NCBI RefSeq assembly: GCF_001194135.2
Contig: NC_068983.1
Coordinates: 30,735,234 to 30,799,233 of the forward strand
DNA length: 64,000 bases
Source of the DNA: Octopus bimaculoides
Lineage: Eukaryota
Reading direction: 5' to 3'
Positions within the stretch are counted from its first letter, which is position 1; each line of letters begins with the position of its first letter. The position numbers were made by a program, and so were the translations under genes. Positions 23,966-38,186 of the stretch are shown here, piece by piece. The notes below the pieces were generated by a model that saw only the letters and a program-made list of their open reading frames with translations, ran no database searches and had not been told where the DNA came from.

Positions 23966-24924
23966 ATAAGTCCTAACATTGGTACAAGGCCATACATTTT
24001 AGGCAAGGGTCAAGCAAATTTAATTAACATCATTACCTGATTGGGATATACTTCTACTACAGCCCCTGCAGGAATGAAAAGCAAAGCTAACATCACTATG
24101 ATTTGAACTCAGAAAATAAAATCTTAAATCAAGAAGCCAGAAATTCTGCTCATGTTGTACAGCTGATAATATGAATGGTAAAGTTGTCCCAGACAAGATC
24201 TGAACTCAGAACATAGGAGCTTGTAATTAAATAGCATGCTGAAACAAGTGGAAAATAAAATCAATAAACAATGAAATAGAGAAATAAATCCCTATAAATC
24301 ATTCCATTATTTTCTTCTTTTTATATTACCATTTCTTGTTTAAGTTTGCTGCTCAAATTTCTGTTTAATTTTGCCATTAATCAACACATAAGCACAGCCA
24401 AACCTCTTTCATTGCCTATTGATTTCTTCCACTAGTGTTTTTGTAAGGAACAGATGGTGCATCAGTAAAAATACTGATAGATTTCAGACCTTAATGTTTT
24501 GCCAGTAGAAAGGGTGACATCTGTTGTTATTGGCAACAGTAGCAGCCAATTAAATGCTAGACACTGTGGTTGTTGGATAGCATTGGTAAGTTGACTGGTG
24601 TTATGTCATCATAGCCAAGTAAATGTTAATTAGGAATTCAGATACTTAACAGTCCAGATATGGCCTTGTTTTCTATCAAATATTAATATTATATTACTGG
24701 TACTTTATACCTCAGGGAACTGAAATAAAATTCAATTGTTGTTGTTTGGCTCATCTGGCCCAGACAGGCCTGTTTGAGTAAATCTGTAATAAAAAAGAGT
24801 TCCAGTAGTGCCCAGCCTCATTTTCTTTTATTTCTGACATAATGAATCAAGAATTATATTACCAAGCCCCACAGGCCGTAGTTATGGGCAAATTGTGGCC
24901 CAAAAGGCTTTCTGAATGGTGTTC

Positions 24925-25320
24925 TTTTATCCTTTTACTTGTTTCAGTCATCTGACTGTGGCCATGCTGGAGCACCATTTTAAAGGGTTTTTAGTCAAAG
25001 AAATCAACTCCAGGACTTATTCTTTGTAAACCTTGTACTTATTCTATCGGTTCATTTTGCCGAACCACTACAGTACAAGAATGCAAGCACACCAATACCA
25101 GTTGTCAAGCAATGGTGGTGGGGGTCACACACAGATATATATACATGTATATATAAATGATGATCTTCTGTCAGTTTCTGTTTACAAAGTCCACTTACAA
25201 GGCTTTGGTTAGTCAAAGGCTACAGTAGAAGAGACTTGCCCAAGGTGCCATGCAGAGAGACTGAATCTGGAACCATATGGTTGGGAAGCAAGCTTCTCAC
25301 AACACAGCCATGCCGACACC
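24925..25320 (-). mobile_element. SINE family C
   Basis: Reverse complement of the 19915 element over tail, body and head. Confidence 0.85.
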
Positions 25321-25587
25321 TAACAAAAAAAAAATTGTCGTGAATTTGTTTAGCAATGTGATTTGCCTGATGAGCCACGTCTCATTTGGCTTGCTTCACA
25401 AAAAAGTTGCCAATGCCATTTGAGGGAGTTTTGAAGTTATTTCCTTTAAATCAAGTAACCATGAAGAGGCTTTCTCATTGGCTCTGTATAGTTGTCCAGC
25501 TTGCTAGAAACTGTAGCCCAAAAGTTGAAGTTTGTTTTAGTAGAATTCAGCTTTTCAAACTGTCAATTGACATAATATGAACCTATT

Positions 25588-25966
25588 GTTGGCATTCTGT
25601 CGCTTACGACGTCGAGGGTTCCAGTTGATCCGATCAACAGAACAGCCTGCTCATGAAATTAACGTGCAAGTGGCTGAGCACTCCACAGACATGTGTACCC
25701 TTAACGTAGTTCTCAAGGATATTCAGCATGACAGTGTGACAAGGCTGACCCTTTGAATTACAGGCACAACAGAAACAGGAAGTAAGAGTGAGAGAAAGTT
25801 GTGGTGAAAGAGTACAACAGGGTTCGCCACCATCCCCTGCCAGAGCCTCGTGGAGCTTTAGGTGTTTTCGCTCAATAAACACTCACAACACCCGGTCTGG
25901 GAATCAAAACCGCTATCCTATGACCGCGAATCCACTGCCCTAACCACTGGGCCATTGCGCCTCCAC
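25588..25966 (-). mobile_element. Full-length SINE A (head 1, tail X) with perfect 14-bp TSD
   Basis: TSD aatatgaacctatt at 25574-25587 and 25967-25980; matches 8699-9084. Confidence 0.95.
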
Positions 25967-26697
25967 AATATGAACCTATTACTGAATGTCCAACTGTTTT
26001 GTATGAGATCTTGTCAAATCATGTTTGGCCTTTTTGTTTTTTTAAAGTAACTTCTAGCAAAGAGGAAAATAACTAACGATAAAACAGCCATCGAGCAACC
26101 ATAGAGATATTTCGGGAGTTACAAAAGAAAATGAAAGAAGTAAAGAACCATAGAGCAATCATCATGGGATTTAAAAGCATCAAGATCACATTTATCTGGA
26201 CTAAAAGAATAAAGAGGAAGGCGATCCATAAGACAGATAGATGAATCTACTTGAGGAGAAGACTACAGCATTGAAAAGGATGAATATTCAGGAAGTACAA
26301 TGAAAAAGTTCTTGTGGTTTGATTAGTAGCTACGTTGGGTGGCTTACTTGGAACATTAGCACAACTTATGATATATGATATCATATGATGTTAATAGAAG
26401 TGGTAATGCTTTGTTTGTTAAATGCTGCTTTTTGTCTACTGAAAAATTAATCCATTATTTTACAGCTCCAACTTTCTTAGGTTTTATAAAAGTAAAATTT
26501 TGGAAATGCTTATGAACACTGTCTGCTCTCACTGACCATTGTGTTATATGTACAGCTTAAACATAACATACAGCTCTACTTGTTATAATATATCTTATCT
26601 GGTGCCTCTCAAAGACAGTTGTACGAAGTGATGCAATGTTGGACATATTACTCCACAGATCATCACCATTCTGATCATTTAATCATCATCATTATCA

Positions 26698-26872
26698 TTA
26701 TTTAACGTCCACTTTTCCATGCTTGCATGGGTCAGATGGAATTTGTTGAGGCAGGTTTTCTATAGCAAGATAATATTTACTCATAGCTAGATACGTTTTT
26801 TTCCATGGAGACTTGAAATGAACAATATCCCTTATATAACAGTGATGCTCGTCACATGATGTCAAGGGAAGG

Positions 26873-26945
<73 letters not shown>

Positions 26946-26999
26946 NNNNNNNNNNNNNNNNNNNNNNNNNNNNNNNNNNNNNNNNNNNNNNNNNNNNNN

Positions 27000-27046
<47 letters not shown>

Positions 27047-27125
27047 CACACAATGGGCTTCTTTCAGTTTCTGTCTACCAAATCCACTTACAAGGTCTTG
27101 GTCAGTCTGGGGCTACAGAAGAAAA
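26698..27125 (-). mobile_element. Chimera: SINE C body, (CA)n, family E RTE-like tail
   Basis: tttaacgtccacttttccatgcttgcatgg (E end) joined through (CA)n to gggcttctttcagtttctgtctaccaaatcc (C body). Confidence 0.75.
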
Positions 27126-27189
27126 CTCTACCTGCTCTTATCAAATTAAAAGGGGGTCCAAAGTTCAGATTTTATTATTAGCACCCCTG

Positions 27190-27640
27190 AAGTGGGTGAG
27201 CTGGCAGAAACTTTAGCATGCTGGGCAAAATGCTTAGCAGTATTTTGTCTGCCGTTATGTTTTGGGTTCAAATTCTGCCGAGGTCAACTTTGCCTTTCAT
27301 CCTTTCAGGGTCGATAAATTAAGTACCAGTTACGCACTGGGGTCGATGTAATCGACTTAATACCTTTGTCTGTCCTTGTTTGACCCCTCTATGTTTAGCC
27401 CCTTGTGGGCAATAAAGAAATAAGAAACCTTAGCACACCATGCAAAATGCTTAGTGGCATTTCGTCCCTCTTGATATTCTGAGTTCAAATGCAGCTGGTG
27501 TCGACTTTGCCTTTCATCCTTTTTCTGGCGGGGGTCAATAAAATAAGTACCAGTTGAGCACTGGGGTCGATGTAATTTATATACGCTCTCCCTCAAAGTT
27601 GCTAGCCTTCTGCCAAAATTTGAAACCATTATTAGCACTC
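27190..27640 (+). mobile_element. SINE B tail-1 copy followed directly by a head-truncated B copy
   Basis: ..gggcaataaagaaataag|aaaccttagcacacc.. junction at about 27424. Confidence 0.85.
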
Positions 27641-28897
27641 CTGTTTCAACTATAACTGTTCAGCCTTCCCTTGGGCATTGCATATAAAGGCTACATAATT
27701 TTATATGTCCAACCCATTTTTGAGAGAACAGGATGTAATGTGAGAGAGATTAAACTGCTAATTCTAGTGAGTGAAGTGACCATGTAGTAGTTCCCCCTGT
27801 AAATTTGTGAACCTTGTATAGTATAACTTGTACCTCTGAATATGATACATAACTCTATGTAACAGATTCATTACACCAGTGAAAGCAATCTCTATAAAGT
27901 GAAAGGCAAAATAAACTTAATATTTAGTTACGTCCATTTATGCCCAGAGTTCAAATCTCCAAGGCCAACTTTACCTTTCATCTTTGTGAAGTTGATGTAA
28001 TGAATTACCAATCAGCTGCTGGGGTCAATTCAATCAACTGAAAATAATAATAATAATAACGGTGTCTTCCAGGATTGTTTAAGCGAAAAGCTAAACCAAG
28101 AATTCTAAATCAATCTTTAGTTACTGTCTGCACTTTAAGGTCAAATGAGGGTGTGAAACCCAGTGGTTAGAATATTATTGTAAAGAGCAAAACGCACAGG
28201 TATTATTAGCTTTGGAAAACATAATAATGGAACAATGCCACACAAGTTTTATAATTGATGGGATACGTGGCACATCTATCATTGTGTTTGACATAAGTTG
28301 ACAGAAACAAAAAATCCTACCCTTCAAATTTGCAGCCTTGTCTTATGATAGAAATCGATATTCTATGTACATACATACGTACATACACAGACATACATAC
28401 ATATACACACTTATACCACATAGACACATATATATACACATACATACATACATACATTTATATACATATATATATTTATACATACAAACATATGTACATT
28501 TATATATACACATACATATGTATATACATATACATATATAGATATATATATACATATATGTATATATATACATATACATACACAAGCATACATATATATA
28601 TGTATACACACACACACACATACGTACATGCACATGTGTATGTATGTAGGTATGTGTGTATATATAAAATCAATAAATGCAAATTTGCTTTTAAAAGAAT
28701 TACATGATTACTTCTATGTTTCTATGTTTATATTATTTTTATTTTAAAATAGGGCAAAAAGAAAACCAAAAAAAAAACCCACTATGGAACTAATTCCAAA
28801 TCAGTGATGCTAAATAAACAGTAGAGTTATAAATATATCTGTATCTATCTGTAATTCCAAGCTGTTTAGTTCACTGAGTAAGTAATATATTCTTTCA

Positions 28898-29295
28898 CCT
28901 TTTGGCATTTAAACTAACCATATCTGACCCAAATATTCTGCTAATTTTAAATTCAAGCCAGCAAAATCTGTCCTCTTACACATAACCTACACTGTCATTC
29001 TAAAATTAAACAATCTCATCCTCAAAATCTCGAAGTTATGATATTCTTTTATTCTTTTATTCTTTTAATTGTTTCAGTCATTTGACTGTGGCCATGCTGG
29101 AGCACCGTCTTTAGTCGAGCAAATCAATCCCGAAACTTATTCTTTGTAAGCCTAGTACTTATTCTATCGGTCTCTTTTGCTGAACAGCGAATTCACAGGA
29201 ACATAAACACCCCCATCATCTGTTGTCAAGTGGTGTTAGGGGGACAAACACAGACACACAAATATATACCACACACATATAAACACACACACACA

Positions 29296-29363
<68 letters not shown>

Positions 29364-29610
29364 CATACGACGGGCTTCTTTCAGTTTCTGTCTACTAAAT
29401 CCACTCACAAAGCTTTGATCAGCCCGAGGCTATAATAGAAGACACTTGCCCAAGATACCACACAGCTGGACTGAACCCAGAACCATGTGGTTGATAAGCA
29501 AGCTACTTACCACACAGCCACTTCTGTGCCTATATATAATGCATGATTAATTAAAAACAATGTGAATAAATAAGCATTATATTCGACAGAATAATCTGAA
29601 TGCTAAAGGG
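28898..29610 (+). mobile_element. piggyBac-like MITE split by a minus-strand SINE C insertion (29045-29530)
   Basis: Left part 28898-29043 and right part 29533-29610 together reconstitute the 44835 family; ends ctaaaggg+ttaa. Confidence 0.8.
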
Positions 29611-29784
29611 TTAACTTTTGGTATATTAAGTTTAATGATTCTTAATCTTTTTAATAACATTGTACATGGGATAATTTCTGATTTGACAATGCAAGACCTC
29701 ATGTATTAAAGTGTTTATACTTAAATTAACATGATTGTCTAATCAAGCAGTATTAGTTAATTATTATTAGATGTTATTAAGATA

Positions 29785-30240
29785 TGAGCTGGCAGAATTG
29801 TTAGAATGTGGTGAGCTGGCAGAAACGTTAGCACGCTGGGCGAAATGCTTAGCAGTATTTTGTCTGCCGCTACGTTCTGAGTTCAAATTCCGCCGAGGTC
29901 AACTTTGCCTTTCATCCTTTCGGGGTCGATTAAATAAGTACCGGTTACGCATTGGGGTCGACATAATTGACTTAGTCCGTTTGTCTGTCCTTGTTTGTCT
30001 TCTCTGTGTGTAGCCCCTTGTGGGCAGTAAAGAAATAAGAATTGTTAGAATGCCTGACGAAGTGCTACCAGTATTTTGTCCATCTTCACATTCTGAGTTA
30101 AAATTCTGTTGACATTGACTTTGCCTTTCATCCTTTTGGGGTCAATGAAATAAGTACCAGTTGTGCACTGGGGTCGATGTAGTCGACTATTCCCCTGCCA
30201 CAAATTTCTGGCCTTATGGCTATAGTAGAAAGGATTATTA
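29785..30240 (+). mobile_element. Young SINE B (29809-30038) nested inside an older B head
   Basis: 14-bp TSD gaattgttagaatg at 29795-29808 and 30039-30052. Confidence 0.92.
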
Positions 30241-31837
30241 GGTGTTATTATTGTTTAACTATTTTGTTATCATATTTCTGTTCAAATACTCTGCCTCAGT
30301 TACTGTTAATTTTTAAAATAATGAAGAATTTTAAAGAAATAACTGTAATTAAAAAGCTGATAATGTAAAACGATGATGATGACATATATACATATATACA
30401 TACATGATTTAACATATAAACACAGCTATAATACATAAGTAAATATATTTATTTGTGTGCATGACCTAATAAATATTGATCAATAAAATATATCCTAGAC
30501 TAAAATAGGTACTGGAGTTGATATGGTCATGTAAAATCTTTGAATGTGGTGTCCCAACATGGCCACAGTCCAATGAACCCAAATCCATAAAAGAAATAAA
30601 AAAACCAAAACAAATGAAACACCTATCTCTTATACATTGGAAGTTTGGTTAAGATAGGATTAAGTAACCCAAATCATAGTAATCACTATGTTTTTAGCTG
30701 AGTTTCACATTCTCCCCTCTAGCCATTCGATATCTTCCAGCACGGCACTAATATCAGCTACTAATATATCGACCTCAATACACTGATCAATATCTATCAC
30801 GGATAAAGATAGGTGAAATACTCCATCACAAAAATACATAAATAAATAAATAAATAAATAAATGAAGAAAAAACGCACCATAAACAGTTATAAACAAATA
30901 AAAGACCTCTGAAGAAAAACGAATGTAAAACTATTAAGGAGGGAAAAGAAGAAGAAATGGTAAAAATCTTTAAATCTTTTTCTATTCTAAGTATCTTTGT
31001 TGAAATGATGCTGCATTGAATTTCTTGCTTTTATTTTTCTTTCTTTCTTTCTTTTTTTTTTGGGGTAAGACAAAGGCAAAAGATGTTGTGAAGGAGGTGG
31101 TATCAAGTTGAGATGAAAACAGACCCATAAACAATGGAATTAGCTTGACATAGTTGCAGCAACACAGAGCCATCCATATATAGTTATTATTTCCAGTTCT
31201 GATATCATAGATATTCAATTACAATAGTGATGATATAAAGTGACCTTTATTGAACTGAGAGCTATAACTGAATCATTGGCAGCAGAACTAAGGAGAGTGG
31301 TTGCATACAAAAACTCTCCAAGAGAAATTTAAGAGGGAATAATATTGAGCAGAAAGGTTACAATGATGATGATGAGACCAAGGATGACAATGACGGTGAG
31401 GACGACAATGATAGGACGGTAATGATGATGATGATGAAGATGACGATGATGGTGAGAACAACAATGACAATGAGAATTCTATTGATTCTTTTGAGTAGTT
31501 TTTGAAATGCTACTTTGAATATTGATTGCTTGTTTCCAACTGAGAAGAACTCGATGATTAAAAGGTTGTAAAGATTATAATCTAAGTAAACAGTTAAACT
31601 ATTTGAAAATATCGAATTTCTGGACAAAAACCTTATTATTAATAGTTTTAAACAATTAAAGAGAAAGTAGGAAAGAAAAAAAATGGGAAAAGAAAAATTG
31701 CAGTCAGAAATATTACTAAGATGATAAATTATCTCTGATTTGTTAAAATCCTTTTCTAGCCTCAGCAGATTTGGTGGATATTATAAACAAATTAGCAATA
31801 TTGACCTCAACATTATGATATAGTGCTGAAATATGAA

Positions 31838-31868
<31 letters not shown>

Positions 31869-31904
31869 ACTGAAACAAATGAAAGAATAAAAGAATGTAT
31901 ATAG

Positions 31905-31944
<40 letters not shown>

Positions 31945-32111
31945 CTATCTATCTATCTATCTTCACTTATACATTTCAGTTTAACTGTTTCTGCTATAAC
32001 AGGCAGTACATTCAGAATTGAGTGCTTATGCAACATCGTATAGTTTCTTCAGAGCCAGTTTAAAGTGATTACAATAACTCCTGTTCTTTTGTCATTCATT
32101 TATTCATTCAG

Positions 32112-32166
<55 letters not shown>

Positions 32167-32734
32167 GCCTGCCCTGAAAATTCTTTTCTGTCACTTGCAA
32201 AACTGATTTAGGAAAATTCAAGTCAATGAGGAAGTTTCTACATGCGACTAATGTGCTAGAAATAGCAGACAAATCTCTGTTATATCACACTAGACTCTTT
32301 TGATCATAGGTCTGTTGAATTAGAACCAGCCTGGGGCTAAATAAATAAATATGAAAGCAACAGCAGCATTTAGAAGACACAGCAAATTATGTGGCAAAAT
32401 CAGCATCTCTACATGGAATATTGTAGACGCAATCTTCTGATATACATTGCAAAATGTGTATGGACATGTCACCATCTGTAAGTATGTAAAGATATGTGAA
32501 TTATGCATATGTGATTGTGTTTAAGAATGTATATGTAGATGTGTATGTGTGTAAGAGAGAGATAGAGAGAAGATGAGAGTGAGAGGGATATCAGTGATGC
32601 TAAATAATGTAAAATGCTGTGTTATCATATTTAGTATGTAACACAGAATGAATTAAAGAGACTATTGAAGCTGGAGAATGTAGATTCCTTACTTCAAAGG
32701 AGGATGCTTCAAATAGTGTGTTTGCTTGTGTGTA

Positions 32735-32792
<58 letters not shown>

Positions 32793-32795
32793 AGG

Positions 32796-32850
<55 letters not shown>

Positions 32851-33244
32851 TGTGCATGCAATTTCAAAGCCCTCCATACACTTTCACAAATGTATTATCC
32901 AGTTTACAGCAAGTAGAACAAAAATCCGTTTAGCAATGGTTGATAAATTCTTAATTTGGGATAGGTAAAACAGCCTGAGATAAACTATGCTCTATGGAGT
33001 AGATTTCTAGGAAAATAGGAAGAAAGAATTCTGAATGTAAGCATGTAATATAGCAAATGAGAATGGAGAAAAAACTACTCCGTGATAACACATTGCAATA
33101 GAGGAATGATATTAGCTACAAATACAACCTTATTACATTATATACATTATTTCACAATCCTACTGCATAGAGATTTCAGCTTGTAGTTCTGTAATTTTTG
33201 CTTCTACAGTTAACTCAGGTTTTAAACTTAATTCATCATTCAGT

Positions 33245-33400
33245 TTAACACCACTGCCTGGCACTTAGGGGCCTCTAGCAAAGTTTCACCCAGTTACAAG
33301 CATTCTGGACAAGGTCTCAACTTTCTTTCTCAACCTCTCACTTTTCTTGGGGGTTCTGAAAAGGCTTGTGGATGTTGCCATTTTGCCTTCATCTGAACTG
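33245..33400 (-). mobile_element. Decayed RTE ORF2 C-terminus
   Basis: Minus frame NPQEK*EVEKES*DLVQNACNWVKL resembles WNPQGKRxRGRPxxTW..LAQDRxxWR. Confidence 0.4.
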
Positions 33401-33577
33401 TAAGAAAAAAACTTTAGCTTCTATTTTGTATTTGTCAACCAGAGGGAGCTATCAGGCAGAATGACATACTCTGTAGTTGAATATGAAAAAGATAGATTTG
33501 AGTGCTGTCTTGTTATTAATGCCAACGAAACATTGAAATTTGTAAAATTAAATATTCCATTCCAACTAGATATACTG

Positions 33578-34030
33578 TCTGGCAAAATTGTTAGCACACC
33601 AGAAAACTTGCTTAGTAGCATTTTGCCTGGCTTTATAATCTGAGTTCAAAATCCAGCAAGGTAAATTTTGTTTTTCATCCTTTCAGGATCAATAGTGTAA
33701 GGTATCAGTTAACTACTAGTGTTGATTTAATTGACAGACCCTTTCCCCAACATTTGAGGCTTTGGACCTGTGTTAGAAAGTATCCTAAGTGTAGGGAATT
33801 CACTGAATCATTAGAGCATCAGACCAAATGCCTTTGCAGTAGGTGTTCTGGCTCTTTGCATTCTGAGTTCAAATTCTACTTAGATAAGCTTTGCTCTTAT
33901 CATTTCAGATTTGATAAATAAAATATCATTCAAATACTGGGGTTGATTTAAGTAACATACTACTCCCCACCAAATTTCTGGCCCGGCACTTACGTAAAAA
34001 TCATCATCATTATCATTACTATTGCTATTA
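33578..34030 (+). mobile_element. Two to three stacked, decayed SINE B copies
   Basis: ctgagttcaaa module at about 33640 and 33862; ends in (ATC/ATT)n. Confidence 0.7.
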
Positions 34031-35167
34031 TTAACTGTGCCATCCTAAATTAGCTGTGGAGAATTTCTTCTCTGAAGGAATGTAAGAATATTAACTACAT
34101 CGTAATAATGAAAGCCATCAGTTACACTAACAAGATCTTCCATAAAATGCCCAGTTCCTTCATTCTTGAATGATTCATCAAAACAGAAAAGCAATGTATT
34201 TAATTTCACTATAATCTAAAGCTGATAAAACGCTCTGATTACACAATTTTATCTTACACTTTTCCAAGCAAGAACTTAATATTATCTGTAGTCAGAGTCA
34301 TTTGGTTTCTAGTTAGAGAGCCTGAATGAAGTATAAACACATATGGATACAAAACATTCAGGCGGGGTCCCTATTAAATCATGGTTTTATGTAAAACTTC
34401 TCTCAAGAGTGCCAACTATACAAGGAAGGGATGGTGATGGGGTGAGAAATTCCAAAACTGATCACTGATATATACTAAGTTCCATCCTGAGAAATTCTCT
34501 AAACAAACACCTTTTAGTTCTTTATTTCTTTACATTCTTTTAGCCATCACAGTCAAGTTCCTGCTGCAGTACTTGGTACATTCAGTTTTTAACAGAAGTG
34601 AAAGTAAGAAAACCTGCTGGTGTTATGTTTGGGAGTTAACGATAAAAAAAGCATATTTCCTTTCATCAGTGCTTCCAGTTATTAATTAATTATGACTTCC
34701 ATATTTATTTCATTTGATGTTCAACAGATGTTTCCTTGAAAATGAAATGAAACGAAACTAAATGGCGAGTGTATATACTGACAACCCAATATTACTGAAT
34801 TTAACACTTCTTGTTCACACTGTTATGCAATTCTATTTGATATCGAAGTTATCAACCATCCCACATGCAAACTGTTATACACATCTATAATAGAAAGGAA
34901 ACATATAATCATGTAGTTAAGAAGTTTGCTTTGCAACCAAATGGCTCCATGTTTGATGCTAATAATGCATGGCACCTTCGGTGTGTCTCTGCTGCAGCAG
35001 CATCAAGTTAACTAATACCTTATCAGTGAAATTTCGTTGTAGAGAACTGTGCAGAAGCCTACCAAGCTCACTTTGCAACCGTATTGTTATGGATTCAGTC
35101 CCACTGTATGCACCTTGGGTAAATGTCTTCAACTACAAACCAAGAGCAACCAATGCCTTGTGAGTGA

Positions 35168-35219
<52 letters not shown>

Positions 35220-36458
35220 TCGACTTAATCCTTCTGTCTGTCCTTGTTTGTCCCCTCTATGTTTAGCCCCTTGTGGGCAATAATGAAATAAGAAATGTTA
35301 TTTTACTGATCAAAATTAATCAAGGTACTGTATGAATTCCATTGTTGTTTTACTAATTGAGAAACTGTTATATTGCAATATAACAGTGGCGACGAGGATT
35401 TCGTAGCTCACACGTTAATGATTTCAAATTTTGGCACAATGCCAGAAATTTTAAGGGTGTGGAAATGTTACTGGTGTAGCCATCCGGTTGCACCAGTCCT
35501 CAGTCAAATCGTCCAACCCATGCTAGCATGGAAAGCGGACGTTAAACGGTGATGATGATGATGATGATGATTGTTGAAATGGTACTTATTTTATCAACCC
35601 CCAAAGAGAGTAAAAGACAAAGTTGTCCTTGGTAAGATTTGAACTCAGAACATAATACAAATACTTCCTGTACATCCAACTTCAGTACTAATTGATATTG
35701 TTGAATCCAAAGTCAGCTTTGATTAAACAAATCTATGATCAGAGATGTTCCAGGCATGACAAGCTTGTCTTTTATCCAATTTACTTTCAATTTTGAAGAT
35801 ATAAAAATTTGAGTGGAGAGAAATTCAGCTGCTATTTCTAGCAGTCTCAGTGACCATATAAACACTCCTTTGTCAGCTCCATCCAACACTAATTAAAATC
35901 ACCAAGGTAACAAGAACCATCAACTACTAACTACTTCTGAGCAGTGTTTATAGACATCAAATAGTAGATAAAAAAAACATTAAAAATGTTTTCAATGTGT
36001 AACAGGACTGAAATATAATATTTTAAAACAAATAAGCTAAAATTTCTCAGTGAAAAAAAAAAAGTCTTGAGTTATATAGAGCCATTATAACATTAGAAAC
36101 ATCATCATTTTAACAACTGCTTCTTTTTTTTTATACTGGTATGAGATGAAAAGATTTTCCATAGAGTATACCATTAATCTTCTCGGTTTTTGTCATCATC
36201 TCTGCAGTAAGGCCAAGCTTCATAAAATCTGACCTCAGCCTGTTCTCCCTGCTTTAATTATTCCTCACATTTTATCATCTTACTGGTGGCACACAAGCTG
36301 ATNNNNNNNNNNNNNGGTCTTGTGCTATGCAGTTGCTTGACCTACCAGAAAAAGCAGTAAAATTTCATATCACACCTTATATTAAAACAAAAAAGGGCCT
36401 ATCTAATGCATGTCAGCATGGAATACAGATGCTAAATGATGATGACGATGATAATGAT

Positions 36459-36490
<32 letters not shown>

Positions 36491-36559
36491 AACAATATAT
36501 GAGTATATGCATATATATGTACGTGTATGTATATACGTTCATCTACATGTACATATAGA

Positions 36560-36764
36560 TACATAACTGGGTACATGACGTGGCAAAAGAACATGGACAA
36601 AATGGTAAACAAAGTGCAACAAACAAGCAGACCACATAGAAACATCCCCTTCATCAGCTGCCACCATTAAAACTCCGGCGTTTCGAAGAATTAAGGCAGT
36701 ACGCATCGTTAAAATGGTTCTTCCCACGAACACAAATTAAATTGTTTTCGTGGAGGGTAGTGGC
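36560..36764 (-). mobile_element. CpG-rich probable Penelope-type terminal fragment, truncated by N gap
   Basis: Minus strand has ttcttc-GAAACG and cag-CTGATGA-agggg plus a ccacgaa/ttcgtgg hairpin; flanked by (TA)n. Confidence 0.35.
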
Positions 36765-37136
36765 NNNNNNNNNNNNNNNNNNNNNNNNNNNNNNNNNNNN
36801 NNNNNNNNNNNNNNNNNNNNNNNNNNNNNNNNNNNNNNNNNNNNNNNNNNNNNNNNNNNNNNNNNNNNNNNNNNNNNNNNNNNNNNNNNNNNNNNNNNNN
36901 NNNNNNNNNNNNNNNNNNNNNNNNNNNNNNNNNNNNNNNNNNNNNNNNNNNNNNNNNNNNNNNNNNNNNNNNNNNNNNNNNNNNNNNNNNNNNNNNNNNN
37001 NNNNNNNNNNNNNNNNNNNNNNNNNNNNNNNNNNNNNNNNNNNNNNNNNNNNNNNNNNNNNNNNNNNNNNNNNNNNNNNNNNNNNNNNNNNNNNNNNNNN
37101 NNNNNNNNNNNNNNNNNNNNNNNNNNNNNNNNNNNN

Positions 37137-37201
<65 letters not shown>

Positions 37202-37261
37202 ATACATATATACACATACACACACACACACACACATACATATATGCATATATATATATAT

Positions 37262-37590
37262 ATAGGCACAGGCATGGCTGTATGGTAAGGAGTTTACTTC
37301 TCAACCACATGGTTCCAAGTTCAGTCCTACCATGTGGCACCTTGGACCAACCAAAGCCTTGTGTGTAGATTTGGAAGACAGGAACTGAAAGACCCTTGTA
37401 GTGTGTGTGTGCGCACGTATGTGTGCGTGTGTATTGTGTTGTGTGTGTATGTGTGTCATTGTGTCTGTGTTTCTCCCCACTATCTCCACCACCAATAAAT
37501 ACCACTTGACAAATATTGTTGGTTTGTTTACATCCCCATAACTTAGCAGTTCAGCAAAATAGATCAATAGAATAAGTACCAGGCTTAAAA
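37262..37590 (+). mobile_element. SINE family C
   Basis: catggctgtatggtaag head, gtggcaccttgg, aatagaataagtacc. Confidence 0.8.
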
Positions 37591-37987
37591 AGAAAACGTA
37601 AGTACAGAGGTTGTGTTTCTTCTCTCATTCAATTTTTAATTTGTTACATGTGGTTTGTTCCTGATGACTATGCTTGAGGTATTTCTCAACACATGAAACT
37701 ATTAGTAGTACATAAAAACAGGTATTGTGTCAATTAAATAATATTTATCTCTCACCAAATGGAGTACTTTTTTGTTGACCTTATCACCATCTTGGAGCCT
37801 GGTGCAGCCATCTGGTTCACTAATCCTCAGTCAAATCATCCAACCCATGCTAGCATGGAAGGCAGACATTAAATGATGACGACGACGACGACGACGACGA
37901 TGATGATGATGATGATGATATCGTTTTTATAAAAACAAATCTGGAGAAGAAACACACTCTAAAAAGCAGAGCAGTAATATTTTTTTG

Positions 37988-38141
37988 CTGGTGAAGGCCA
38001 GTTTATGAGGTTACCCTGGGTTTCCCATCCATAAAGGGCTTAACCCCACGGTGCCTCGTCAGACCCCAAGACCTACACCGTGGGGTTAAGCCCTATATTG
38101 ACGGGAAACCCAGAATAATGCCATAAACTGGCCTTCACCAG
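37988..38141. repeat. Long inverted repeat: 66-bp arms (58/66 matching), 22-nt loop
   Basis: Arms 37988-38053 and 38076-38141 compared base by base. Confidence 0.95.

Positions 38142-38186
<45 letters not shown>

Noticed and set aside
33290-33397. Minus-strand exon-like segment MATSTSLFRTPKK.. with a strong acceptor
   Set aside because: Another frame matches the RTE C-terminal pattern, so it is better explained as a LINE remnant
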